This document shows, piece after piece, positions 28,735 to 37,008 of a stretch of DNA of 64,000 nucleotides; within the stretch, counting starts at the first letter, position 1; every line of letters starts with the position of its first letter. Source of the DNA: a virus; the IMG/VR virus record IMGVR_UViG_3300008119_000039, positions 20,522 through 84,521 of that record. The stretch is one strand, 5' to 3'. The translations under genes were made by a program, and so were the position numbers. Under the pieces are notes generated by a model. That model did not search any database. It was not told the origin of the DNA and saw nothing but the letters and a program-made list of their open reading frames with translations.

Positions 28735-29212
28735 CTACTTTAATTGGGAAAGGTTTTCTAGAGTTTGCGTATTCTTTTGCAAAAGGAACTGTTGAGCAAC
28801 CATTTGTTTCGTCGCATTTGCCAGCGAATCGCTCGCATGTATTTGTAAGACAGTTAGTTAATTGCCTTACAGGTAATCCAGTTATAATGTTTATAACTTC
28901 TACTTTTGAAAGTATTTTATTTTGTTGATTCCAAACTCTTGCCTCATCTCTAATGAGTTCAGTAGAATCTACGTAATCAACAAAGAAATCTCTGGCATAA
29001 GTAACAGTTTTAAATATACCTAGTTTTGTATGAAGAACATAGTTGTCTTCTTCATCTCGTTCTCGAGTGACTTCTAATTTATGTTTAAAGAAATACTTTT
29101 TATTTTTAATCAGTAAGTTTTGCATTAATGTGTTCATTTCTTGAACATCACCAACGTCACGATGAAAAAGATCTTCTTTTGTGTTTATAAGTTTCATTGA
29201 TAAAAGATACAT
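28724..29212 (-). CDS. Hypothetical protein antisense within the tRNA array
   Basis: 162-aa ORF with SD GGGAG; fills the gap between two tRNAs; four Cys near C-terminus. Confidence 0.7.
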   Translation of the reverse strand: MYLLSMKLINTKEDLFHRDVGDVQEMNTLMQNLLIKNKKYFFKHKLEVTRERDEEDNYVLHTKLGIFKTVTYARDFFVDYVDSTELIRDEARVWNQQNKILSKVEVINIITGLPVRQLTNCLTNTCERFAGKCDETNGCSTVPFAKEYANSRKPFPIKVVVG

Positions 29213-29233
29213 ATTTCTCCCAAGTAGTTTTAT

Positions 29234-29310
29234 GTGGGTGTGCTGCTGAATGGTTAGGCGACGGATTGCAAATCCGTTTTATGCAGGTTCAAGTCCTGTC
29301 ACCCACTCCA
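29234..29310 (+). tRNA. tRNA-Cys(GCA)
   Basis: ACGGA-TT-GCA-AA-TCCGT, U73, CCA. Confidence 0.9.
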
Positions 29311-29319
29311 AAATAATAT

Positions 29320-29357
29320 TTTACTTTAATTCACTTTTAAAGTATAATTGTATTTAG
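29320..29357. promoter_or_regulatory. Plus-strand sigma70 promoter adjacent to a minus-strand late-type box
   Basis: TTTACT-N17-TATAAT 29320-29348; TATTTAG (CTAAATA on minus) 29351-29357. Confidence 0.6.
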
Positions 29358-29369
29358 TTAGTTATTAAT

Positions 29370-29445
29370 GCTCGGTTCGTCTATCGGTCTAGGACACTGC
29401 CCTTTCACGGCAGGAAGAGGGGTTCGATTCCCCTACCGAGTACCA
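29370..29445 (+). tRNA. tRNA-Glu(TTC)
   Basis: CTGCC-CT-TTC-AC-GGCAG, CCA. Confidence 0.95.
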
Positions 29446-29446
29446 T

Positions 29447-29531
29447 GGAGATGTAGGAAAATTGGTAACCCCAGCTGACTGTAAATCAGCCACCTCTGGT
29501 ATTGTTGGTTCAAGTCCAGCCATCTCCACCA
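29447..29531 (+). tRNA. tRNA-Tyr(GTA)
   Basis: GCTGA-CT-GTA-AA-TCAGC, long variable region, CCA. Confidence 0.93.
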
Positions 29532-29532
29532 A

Positions 29533-29746
29533 ATCTCGTCGGTAGCAAACGTGATTGCTATAGCTTACTCAGTTTCATCGAGTCGGAGGTGGTCATCCGT
29601 AAAGCAGAGTGCCCAGTATTTTCCAGGAAAAATACATAAAAGGGAGTCCGAACCACTGGATAGAACTGTAACTATCAAGAGATCAAAACACAGTGACAGA
29701 GTGTGCAACTCAAGTAGGGGCGATGTGGAAGTTGTAGCCTACACCA
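29533..29746 (+). ncRNA. Candidate structured ncRNA ending in ACCA
   Basis: Series of hairpins between two tRNAs; terminal GTAGG/CCTAC stem plus ACCA. Confidence 0.55.
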
Positions 29747-29752
29747 AATTAT

Positions 29753-29826
29753 AGCGGATTAGAGAAACGGTATCTCGGAAGTTTCATATGCTTCAGTTGT
29801 TGGTTCGATTCCAGCATCCGCAACCA
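29753..29826 (+). tRNA. tRNA-Met(CAT), initiator-like, atypical
   Basis: A1xA72 mismatch, A11-U24, anticodon arm GAAGT-TT-CAT-AT-GCTTC, CCA. Confidence 0.8.
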
Positions 29827-29843
29827 AACATAAGTAGTAGTGA

Positions 29844-29927
29844 GCGCAAGTGGTGGAATGGTATACACGCTGGTCTTAGAAGCCAGTTCCGAAGGGATTG
29901 AGAGTTCGAGTCTCTCCTTGCGCACCA
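29844..29927 (+). tRNA. tRNA-Leu(TAG)
   Basis: CTGGT-CT-TAG-AA-GCCAG, variable arm, CCA. Confidence 0.95.
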
Positions 29928-29954
29928 AATAACAATAACTGAAAGAGGTTAATC

Positions 29955-30131
29955 ATGGCAACAAAAGGTGGTAATCAAAAAACTCGTAAAGCAGATCCAA
30001 TGAAAACCAAGACTGGCAAAGATCGTCTTGGTCCATTAAATGTTGCACAGTTGACTGCATTAAAAGAAAGAACTTCTCATAAGAAAACAATTGCCAAGAT
30101 TCAAAAAGAAATAGATCGTAAATCAAAGTAA
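29955..30131 (+). CDS. 58-aa highly basic protein within tRNA array (not in ORF track)
   Basis: SD GAGG; MATKGGNQKTRKADPMKTKTGKDRLGPLNVAQL... Confidence 0.65.
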   Translation: MATKGGNQKTRKADPMKTKTGKDRLGPLNVAQLTALKERTSHKKTIAKIQKEIDRKSK

Positions 30132-30156
30132 AGAATATTCCGCAGTAGTTTAGTTT

Positions 30157-30232
30157 GCCCCAGTAGCTCATTTGGTAGAGCAACTGATTAGTAATCAGTA
30201 GGTGGGCGGTTCGAATCCGTCCTGGGGCACCA
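30157..30232 (+). tRNA. tRNA-Thr(AGT)
   Basis: ACTGA-TT-AGT-AA-TCAGT; G1-C72 and C2-G71 Thr identity pairs; CCA. Confidence 0.92.
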
Positions 30233-30236
30233 ATAT

Positions 30237-30310
30237 GTCTCGATGGTGTAATGGCAGCATAAGTGTCTCCAAAACACTTGGTTGGGGTTCGAGTCCCTAT
30301 CGGGATGCCA
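30237..30310 (+). tRNA. tRNA-Trp(CCA)
   Basis: AGTGT-CT-CCA-AA-ACACT, G73, CCA. Confidence 0.92.
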
Positions 30311-30315
30311 AATAT

Positions 30316-30389
30316 GCAGGTAAGCCTAAGGTGGGACGCCAGCCTTCCAAGCTGCGCTGAGTGGAGTTCGATTCTCCCTACCTGCTCCA
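30316..30389 (+). tRNA. tRNA-Gly(TCC)
   Basis: CAGC-CT-TCC-AA-GCTG, U73, CCA; D arm atypical. Confidence 0.85.
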
Positions 30390-30409
30390 ATTTTTTAATG
30401 GAGTGTAAT

Positions 30410-30892
30410 ATGAAACGTATCGACATCGATGAAGTAAAACAATTCATCGAAGCACAGAGTCCCAGCACTAAGATCTATATCGGTGGTGACTCTGACAGAT
30501 TTCTTATCGGAAAAGATTGGTACGCAGATTACACACTTGCCATTGTTGTTCATATTAATGGTAATAATGGATGTAAAATATTTGGCGAAGTTCATCGTGA
30601 GCGTGACTACGACCAGAGAAGAGATAAACCACGTATGCGTTTAATGAATGAAGTTTATAAGATTGCTGACTTGTATTTAAAATTACATGATGTATTAGAA
30701 GATCGTCAGGTAGAAGTACACCTAGATATTAACCCAAACGAAATGTATGGTTCGTCATGCGTTATCAATGAAGCAGTTGGATATATTCGTGGAATGTGCA
30801 ACGTAATTCCAATGGTTAAACCAAATGCATTCGCTGCTAGTTACTGTGCAGATCGTATGAAACAAATTATGTCTGACCGTAAGGCAGCATAA
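30410..30892 (+). CDS. RNase H-like YkuK (DUF458) family protein
   Basis: IYIGGDS, RLMNEV, EVHLDIN, KPNAFAASYCAD; track ORF extends into tRNAs, true start taken as 30410. Confidence 0.8.
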   Translation: MKRIDIDEVKQFIEAQSPSTKIYIGGDSDRFLIGKDWYADYTLAIVVHINGNNGCKIFGEVHRERDYDQRRDKPRMRLMNEVYKIADLYLKLHDVLEDRQVEVHLDINPNEMYGSSCVINEAVGYIRGMCNVIPMVKPNAFAASYCADRMKQIMSDRKAA

Positions 30893-30918
30893 ATATATAC
30901 ATTGATAACTGAGGTGAT

Positions 30919-31653
30919 ATGAAAACATATAGTGTTGAAACTTACGATGACTTGATACCTGACGATCTTAGATGGAGAGTCTGGGAATATATTCAAAATC
31001 AAACATTTCATGCTACCCGCAAAGATGTGTCCTACCCAACTCCTGGACACATCATTCACTATAAACCTATCGATAACAAGAAAGAATATCTTGACGATAG
31101 CGTACCTTCAGTAAACAATCAATACATGCATCGTTGTGTCTTTGGCGATTCCGAAAATGAATTGTTGTTTAAACACAAAGTTATACACGAACTTTGGAAA
31201 ACAATAAACAAGTCTACAGGTAACAAGTATGAGATAGCTGGAGACCAAGAAGGTATTGCAGATACTCCACCAAGATTGGCTCGTGTTTATTGTAATGCTC
31301 AACCAGAAGAAACTATTAAACGAAGTCATGGCATACATAGAGATACCATTGACCTAGATGAAACAAAACATTTCACATTAATGTATATTGCCAATCTACA
31401 TTGGTATCCAACATGGATGGCAGAAAATGTTTTTTATTCAGAAGATGCTAGTACAAGTGATAATCAAATCTGGCAACGTGGTTACGGACAATCTCGAGGT
31501 TTCCCTGTTGGATGGCCATATAAAATAGTTTCTCCTGTTGCTGGACGTGTAATCATTTATGACGGAAGAGCATTGCATACTACAAAACCATGTGCCCCAT
31601 GGGCTGACGAAATGCGTTATGCTGTAATTTTTAGAATTCGTGAAAAGGATTGA
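30919..31653 (+). CDS. 2OG-Fe(II) oxygenase
   Basis: RVYCNAQ, IHRD, GRVIIYDGRALH, RYAVIF. Confidence 0.8.
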   Translation: MKTYSVETYDDLIPDDLRWRVWEYIQNQTFHATRKDVSYPTPGHIIHYKPIDNKKEYLDDSVPSVNNQYMHRCVFGDSENELLFKHKVIHELWKTINKSTGNKYEIAGDQEGIADTPPRLARVYCNAQPEETIKRSHGIHRDTIDLDETKHFTLMYIANLHWYPTWMAENVFYSEDASTSDNQIWQRGYGQSRGFPVGWPYKIVSPVAGRVIIYDGRALHTTKPCAPWADEMRYAVIFRIREKD

Positions 31654-31654
31654 T

Positions 31655-32347
31655 ATGGAATCTATGGAACAAAAACCAATTACTTATGTAAAACATAATG
31701 ATGAGGTTATTGATGAAGTACACAATCTCTGGCAAACTCCAGTAATTACTGCCAGACCATTTAGTGAAGACTTTATCTGTCAACTAGAAGAAGATGTAAA
31801 GTATCTGTTAAAACCTGGAGCACCTGCCACACTAAACAAAACTAATATCTGGGAATTGCCTGATCTACCTGATAGCTTTAGGGAAGTAGAGAAAAAGTTT
31901 ATCGAACTAACAGACAAGTACTATCGTCCACTAACAGAAATGCCCTTACCACCACTGTACTGTTCAAAGGGTTACTTCAGAGATATTAAACAGAATAGTA
32001 TATATCGTATTTCACCACATAAGCATGCTCAGACATTGGGTGTTGGTATAATCTATCTTACTGTGCCAAAACGCAATGCTGGTAATCTAGTTTTACTGGA
32101 CCCTCGTGGTGGCGTTATGTGGCACAATCAATTCACGCCATTTAAACGTATTGCTGTTGAGCGTGGTTTGCTGGTTATTCATCCAGGATATCTCGTACAC
32201 TTTGTGGAACCAACTGATTATGACAACGCTAGATATGATTATAGAAATGCATTGGTTTCTAATATTCACTGGAAGCACGCTGACTTTATTAAAGAACTTG
32301 AAAAGAATGAAGAATCCGTTTTTAAAATGGGGAGCATAGAAGTATGA
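31655..32347 (+). CDS. Putative 2OG-Fe(II) oxygenase (TIGR02466-like)
   Basis: PHKH, GNLVLLDPRG, HPGYLVHFVEP. Confidence 0.75.
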   Translation: MESMEQKPITYVKHNDEVIDEVHNLWQTPVITARPFSEDFICQLEEDVKYLLKPGAPATLNKTNIWELPDLPDSFREVEKKFIELTDKYYRPLTEMPLPPLYCSKGYFRDIKQNSIYRISPHKHAQTLGVGIIYLTVPKRNAGNLVLLDPRGGVMWHNQFTPFKRIAVERGLLVIHPGYLVHFVEPTDYDNARYDYRNALVSNIHWKHADFIKELEKNEESVFKMGSIEV

Positions 32348-32988
32348 TAAAGGTTAATATACCTCCTAGAAAAAAATCAAATCCTGGGGATACTGTAGAA
32401 ACAGAATTTCTTTTTAAAATTTTGCCAGATTTACCACATCCACCTGAAGAGTTATTGCGTCAAAACTTAGCCACAAATAAACACAATAACATACCACAAA
32501 TTCCGCACTTTGATGGATTCAAACGGGAAGATGGACAAACTGTTTCTCCAGAAATCAAAGCGTGGTTGTGTCCAGATAATTTAGATAAATGGGTACAGGA
32601 CAATATTGGTCCAACCAATCGTGGATTGATATATCGTAAAGTCTTGATTCAAGATGATAAGAAATTTTACCCACCACATATAGATGTAAATCGTAAATTT
32701 GTTATGCTCTATAATTTGGTGGATTCGGGTGGTGAGTTTTGTTACTGGCAAGAAAAGAACTTGCCTGTTATAAGAAGTATGCTAACTCGTGCTATGTGTT
32801 TTGATTATTCACAATTAACATTGATTGAGAAGTTTGTTCCACCAGTTAGAACTTGGTACCTAACTAATGTTCAAGCATTACACAGTGTTGAGAACTTATC
32901 TGCAGTTAGAGAGAATATTCAGTTTAATCTTGAGCCATGGGATCCGTTGGTAGTTGAACATTTAAAACCTATTAATAGAAATGTTTGA
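32344..32988 (+). CDS. Putative Fe(II) dioxygenase
   Basis: PPHID...WYLTNVQALHSVEN...R (HxD...H...R). Confidence 0.65.
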   Translation: MIKVNIPPRKKSNPGDTVETEFLFKILPDLPHPPEELLRQNLATNKHNNIPQIPHFDGFKREDGQTVSPEIKAWLCPDNLDKWVQDNIGPTNRGLIYRKVLIQDDKKFYPPHIDVNRKFVMLYNLVDSGGEFCYWQEKNLPVIRSMLTRAMCFDYSQLTLIEKFVPPVRTWYLTNVQALHSVENLSAVRENIQFNLEPWDPLVVEHLKPINRNV

Positions 32989-33715
32989 GCAGTTTATTGA
33001 ATCCGATGTTAGGAAGACTAGATTACATTTACCTGTAAATGAAGAGTCTGTTAGTAAAAAACTAACTGCCATGCTACCCAGCGATATAATTGATAATGCT
33101 ACTATTTTAGATTTAGGATGTGCAACAGGTTCAGCTGGACATTGGTGCAATTTAAACAAATGTAAAAGTTATACTGGTGTAGAATTACAAGATAATTATT
33201 ATAGAACAGCAAAACAGCTTTTACCAGATTCAGAAATCGTACAGAGTGATGTAATTGAGTTTTTAAAAACCACAGATAGAAATTGGGAAGTTGTAATTGC
33301 CGCTGGTTTATTGCATGGTGTGTTCAATCCATTTGAAATCATTTCATTGATAGACAAAGTAGCTACTGATTATATTATCATTGAAAATAATGAAACAGTT
33401 GAAGGTAAAATTCCAAGCATTCATTTCCGCAAAACCAATATGGTTAATGATACCGATATGAATAATCCCTACTATGGATATGCTACTTATATTGGTAGTT
33501 CTGCTCTTGAGTTTATTATGAATGAATATGGTTGGGTGGGTACTAGAGTTTATCCTGAAGAACTAATTAATGGAATAGATCCATATCACCACAAAACAGT
33601 TTTTGATCCTAGTATTCCTGAACACGTACATAGATACATATACATCTTTCAAAGATCTAATACCATAAAGCAATCACTTGAGCATTTAGTAAGGAATTCA
33701 AATGTGGAAGTTTGA
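32981..33715 (+). CDS. Class I SAM-dependent methyltransferase
   Basis: ILDLGCATG, YTGVE, AAGLLH. Confidence 0.85.
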   Translation: MFEQFIESDVRKTRLHLPVNEESVSKKLTAMLPSDIIDNATILDLGCATGSAGHWCNLNKCKSYTGVELQDNYYRTAKQLLPDSEIVQSDVIEFLKTTDRNWEVVIAAGLLHGVFNPFEIISLIDKVATDYIIIENNETVEGKIPSIHFRKTNMVNDTDMNNPYYGYATYIGSSALEFIMNEYGWVGTRVYPEELINGIDPYHHKTVFDPSIPEHVHRYIYIFQRSNTIKQSLEHLVRNSNVEV

Positions 33716-34319
33716 TAAGGAAGTTGCTGATAGATTTGAAACTGAGGCTATAAACAATATTCCAGATTACCATCGTGTAATTGATATGTGTGTAGATATA
33801 GCCAAGCAAAAAAGGTTTTCTAGCGAAATAAATGTAGTTGACGTTGGCAGTGCACTTGGATTCACTGTTGATAGATTTATCAATGCTGATTATCCTTACA
33901 CATATGGTGTTGAGTCCAGTGCAGATATGATTGAAAAATCTTTACATAAAGATAAAATTTTTATGTCAAACACATTCCCAGTTATGCCAGTTGAATTTGT
34001 AATGGCTAATTGGACTCTGCACTTTGTAAAAGAACGCAAACAGTATATACAAGACATATACAATAATATGACTGGTGGTGTGTTTATACTATCAGAAAAA
34101 ACTACACAGACCAAAGAAGTGAAAGAGTTGTACTATAACTTCAAGATAGCTAATGGTGTCTCTGAAGAATACATAGCAAAGAAAGAACAGCTACTACAGG
34201 GATTTATGGATTTGTACCCAGTAGATTGGTACATACAAACCTTAACTGACGTAGGGTTTAAAAACATACAGATTATAAATGCAAGATACGGATTTGTAAC
34301 TTTCTATTGTGAGAAATAA
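33702..34319 (+). CDS. CmoA-like (carboxy-SAM synthase-like) SAM enzyme
   Basis: WKFDKEVADRF..NIPDY, DVGSALG, NWTLHFV, ILSEK, FKIANG.SEEYIAKK resemble CmoA motifs. Confidence 0.75.
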   Translation: MWKFDKEVADRFETEAINNIPDYHRVIDMCVDIAKQKRFSSEINVVDVGSALGFTVDRFINADYPYTYGVESSADMIEKSLHKDKIFMSNTFPVMPVEFVMANWTLHFVKERKQYIQDIYNNMTGGVFILSEKTTQTKEVKELYYNFKIANGVSEEYIAKKEQLLQGFMDLYPVDWYIQTLTDVGFKNIQIINARYGFVTFYCEK

Positions 34320-34807
34320 TGAGATATCATTGTCTAAAAGAATTTGCAAATATACCATTTCATGTGGTTGAAGAAGCTAAACGTGCCACATATGAAATGG
34401 GTAGATACCCAAATGTACTAAAAGCTGGATCATCATTTAATCACAGTTCAATTATGAAATCACTGCGTAAACAATTTGGTGATAATGTTGGTGGTATATA
34501 CATAAAAAATAATCCTTGGTCATTTTATGACTGGCACATCGATATGAATAGACAATGTTCTATAAATTGGTTATTAAAAACCAATTCAAATGCACTGACA
34601 TTACATCGAGAGAAAACTGAACCCGAAAGATTAAACTCTATAATATATAACATATTTCCAGTCGAATACGTTTTATATAAACCAACTATTATGGACACTA
34701 CAGTAGAACACTGCGTAATCAATTCTTCAGATGAAGAACGAATCATATTCAGCGTTAGTTTAGATGTTCCTTTTAATGATGTGAAAGGATTCCTCAGTGT
34801 GGTTTAA
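34319..34807 (+). CDS. Putative Fe(II) dioxygenase
   Basis: YDWHID..RQCSIN...HCVIN...RIIFS. Confidence 0.6.
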   Translation: MRYHCLKEFANIPFHVVEEAKRATYEMGRYPNVLKAGSSFNHSSIMKSLRKQFGDNVGGIYIKNNPWSFYDWHIDMNRQCSINWLLKTNSNALTLHREKTEPERLNSIIYNIFPVEYVLYKPTIMDTTVEHCVINSSDEERIIFSVSLDVPFNDVKGFLSVV

Positions 34808-35057
34808 CAATCATCTAAAAGAAGCTGCACTTTACTCCAGAACTAAGACTGGCGTAAAGTTTTATTTCATTCATATGATATGGGCAATACACTTGGCTAG
34901 TTTACTATTTGTGTGGTCATTACTTATGATAGTACATGCCATTGTACCGCAGTTAGTTGGGTTTGTAGTTATAGATAAAATGATAAACTTACTAAAAAAT
35001 CTTAAAACAAAACATCCTGATGATCCTATACTATCTAAAATAAAATTTGATGAGTAG
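34797..35057 (+). CDS. Small membrane protein (DUF6356-like)
   Basis: HLKEA...YFIH...IVHAIVP. Confidence 0.5.
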   Translation: MWFNNHLKEAALYSRTKTGVKFYFIHMIWAIHLASLLFVWSLLMIVHAIVPQLVGFVVIDKMINLLKNLKTKHPDDPILSKIKFDE

Positions 35058-35751
35058 ATACGAAATAACTAGAGTTGGCTTACCAATTACACGTGCCACG
35101 GTAACTGATGAGTTTTTAGATATAATTACAGAACTTAAAAGCAATCCAAAATCTATTGCAATAACAGTTAGTGATGATTCTAAAAACGCACCAGAAGGTT
35201 ATCGCATACTGGAACAAAACGGTATAACCTACACTAACATTGATGTTTGGGAATCTGATAGAGATCCAGTTAAGGCAACTCTAAAGTTACTAAGTACGTT
35301 AAAGCAAATGCACAGTGAGTTGTTGTTTGACCATGTTATGTTATTTACACCTGGAAATCCATATATTGATGATGCAATTACCAAAGTGTTATTGTCTGCG
35401 TATGACGATATAAAAGTTGTTACAACAAAAAGTGCCGCAGAAATTAGCAGTGATGTTATTATAGAACTAACCAATCGTAATACTATAATCCGAAATTATT
35501 ACGACGACTTTGTGTTGATGTTAAATCCAACCATAGATAGATCTCGGGTGAATATTTTTAGTTGTTTACAAAATCTATATAATGTAGATTTACGCACAGT
35601 GATAACTACCTTACAACCTACCAAGGTAATAACGGTAACCATAGGTGCAGAAACTATTACGAAGCAGTATACGTATGAAGAGATCCTAGAATGTAGTGAC
35701 ACACTATCCAGCAGCGATACTACGTATACATTTGGGTTTATATTTGACTAA
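35050..35751 (+). CDS. Hypothetical protein, weak tetrapyrrole-methylase-like motif
   Basis: LFTPGNPYIDD...IKVVTTKSAAE. Confidence 0.45.
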   Translation: MSRYEITRVGLPITRATVTDEFLDIITELKSNPKSIAITVSDDSKNAPEGYRILEQNGITYTNIDVWESDRDPVKATLKLLSTLKQMHSELLFDHVMLFTPGNPYIDDAITKVLLSAYDDIKVVTTKSAAEISSDVIIELTNRNTIIRNYYDDFVLMLNPTIDRSRVNIFSCLQNLYNVDLRTVITTLQPTKVITVTIGAETITKQYTYEEILECSDTLSSSDTTYTFGFIFD

Positions 35752-35760
35752 GGAGAAATT

Positions 35761-35955
35761 ATGACAGAACCACTATCATTTAAAGAGCAATGGGAAGCAA
35801 AGAAGCTACTCAAGAAGTCAAAGAAGAAAGCACGCAATAATGCCATGAAGGAACACGGCATGACCAAAAGCGAAGCTACCTCGGCAGTTAAAAAAGCAGT
35901 AGGTCGCATTGCTTCAAACAAACCAACCACACGTTCAGCTGGTAGAGGTCGATAA
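35761..35955 (+). CDS. Small highly basic protein
   Basis: SD AAGGAG; Lys/Arg-rich, ends RSAGRGR. Confidence 0.65.
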   Translation: MTEPLSFKEQWEAKKLLKKSKKKARNNAMKEHGMTKSEATSAVKKAVGRIASNKPTTRSAGRGR

Positions 35956-36833
35956 TGCGTTTATTTGTTATGGTGGTATCGCTGCTATTAAGCACAGTAG
36001 TTACAGCCCAAGAAACTGTGCGTATCTATAGTCCGTACTCAGCAACGCATTCTGGTACGCCAGCAATGTACCGTATTATTGAAGAAGCCAATAAGTCTCA
36101 GAACATCTATAAGTTTATTCTTGAGTTCAAACCAGGTGGTAACCAGATTATTGCTCTGAAAGCCATGGACGAAAACAGTCTAGGTATTATTGCACCTGCA
36201 TTCGTTGAGAACGTAAACAAAGGTGCTATCAAAGAAGAATACATTCCCATTCATACCATCGGTGACGCATGCTGGGTAGTTATTACCAATGGTTCAATTA
36301 AGGGCATCAAGGAACTAACAGTTGGTGGTGTGGGTTTTGGTAACTCGGCTCACCTAACTGGTTTATCCATGGGTGAAAAGTACGGATTTGCAGTTCGATA
36401 TATTGTTTTTAAATCCAACAACGATGCTCTGGTAAATATGGCAGGCAATAATGGCGTAACTATGGTTGTTGATCGTTGGGAAGCATATGAAGCAATGAAA
36501 ACCAAGAATCCAAATCTAGAAGCATTCGCAGCATCTTGTCCAACCAGATTACCCCAAGCACCAAAGTTAAAGACACTGGCAGAAATGGGAATCCGTGCAC
36601 CATACGTATTTAACATTACAGTTGCACCAAAGTCAATGGATTTTGTAAAGCGTAGAGTTATTGGCATTATACTAAACGATGCTCAGAACAAAGTTGGAGC
36701 AGATGAGATATTCAAGATCTCAGGTATGAAGATACCAAAAGAATCTCCTGAGCAATTCTATACAAAATCAATTAATACGGTACGCACGCTACAAGATAAG
36801 TATCGTAAAGAAATCGAGGAAGCCAGTCGATGA
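35955..36833 (+). CDS. Second Bug/TctC-like solute-binding protein (divergent)
   Basis: Signal peptide, KPGGNQIIA, GFGNSAHL, RLPQAPKLKTLAEMG. Confidence 0.75.
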   Translation: MRLFVMVVSLLLSTVVTAQETVRIYSPYSATHSGTPAMYRIIEEANKSQNIYKFILEFKPGGNQIIALKAMDENSLGIIAPAFVENVNKGAIKEEYIPIHTIGDACWVVITNGSIKGIKELTVGGVGFGNSAHLTGLSMGEKYGFAVRYIVFKSNNDALVNMAGNNGVTMVVDRWEAYEAMKTKNPNLEAFAASCPTRLPQAPKLKTLAEMGIRAPYVFNITVAPKSMDFVKRRVIGIILNDAQNKVGADEIFKISGMKIPKESPEQFYTKSINTVRTLQDKYRKEIEEASR

Positions 36834-36940
36834 GATGTTGTAATGATAACTGCCGTCAGGGAAGAGATTGCCCAGTTCGTAGGTATAACGAAAGGTATCT
36901 AGACCTGTTCCGATGGCTACGATCCCTATTCCGTAAATAA
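36830..36940 (+). CDS. 36-aa Cys-rich peptide (not in ORF track)
   Basis: MRCCNDNCRQGRDCPVR...; ATGA overlap with upstream stop. Confidence 0.5.
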   Translation: MRCCNDNCRQGRDCPVRRYNERYLDLFRWLRSLFRK

Positions 36941-37002
36941 CCCTACTTTTAGTAGGGTTTTTTCATAAATCGCTTGCCTTTAATTGCAAAAAGACCTATA
37001 AT
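36939..37002 (+). promoter_or_regulatory. Palindrome/terminator plus early promoter
   Basis: AACCCTACT-TTT-AGTAGGGTT then T run; TTGCCT-N17-TATAAT 36974-37002. Confidence 0.7.
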
Positions 37003-37008
37003 AGTCTT

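Noticed and set aside
29551-29754. 67-aa ORF in the ORF track
   Set aside because: GTG start with no SD, atypical composition, and it coincides with the hairpin-rich ACCA-ending element; more likely non-coding
28486-30389. tRNA-associated HDV-like (theta) ribozymes, or suppressor tRNAs implying stop-codon recoding
   Set aside because: All tRNAs encode CCA followed by short AT-rich spacers, no nested double pseudoknot was seen, no CTA/TTA/TCA anticodon is present, and core genes translate intact in the standard code
29953-30468. 171-aa minus-strand ORF and the 5' extension of ORF 30263..30892
   Set aside because: Both run through tRNA-Thr/Trp/Gly genes; shadows of tRNA sequence
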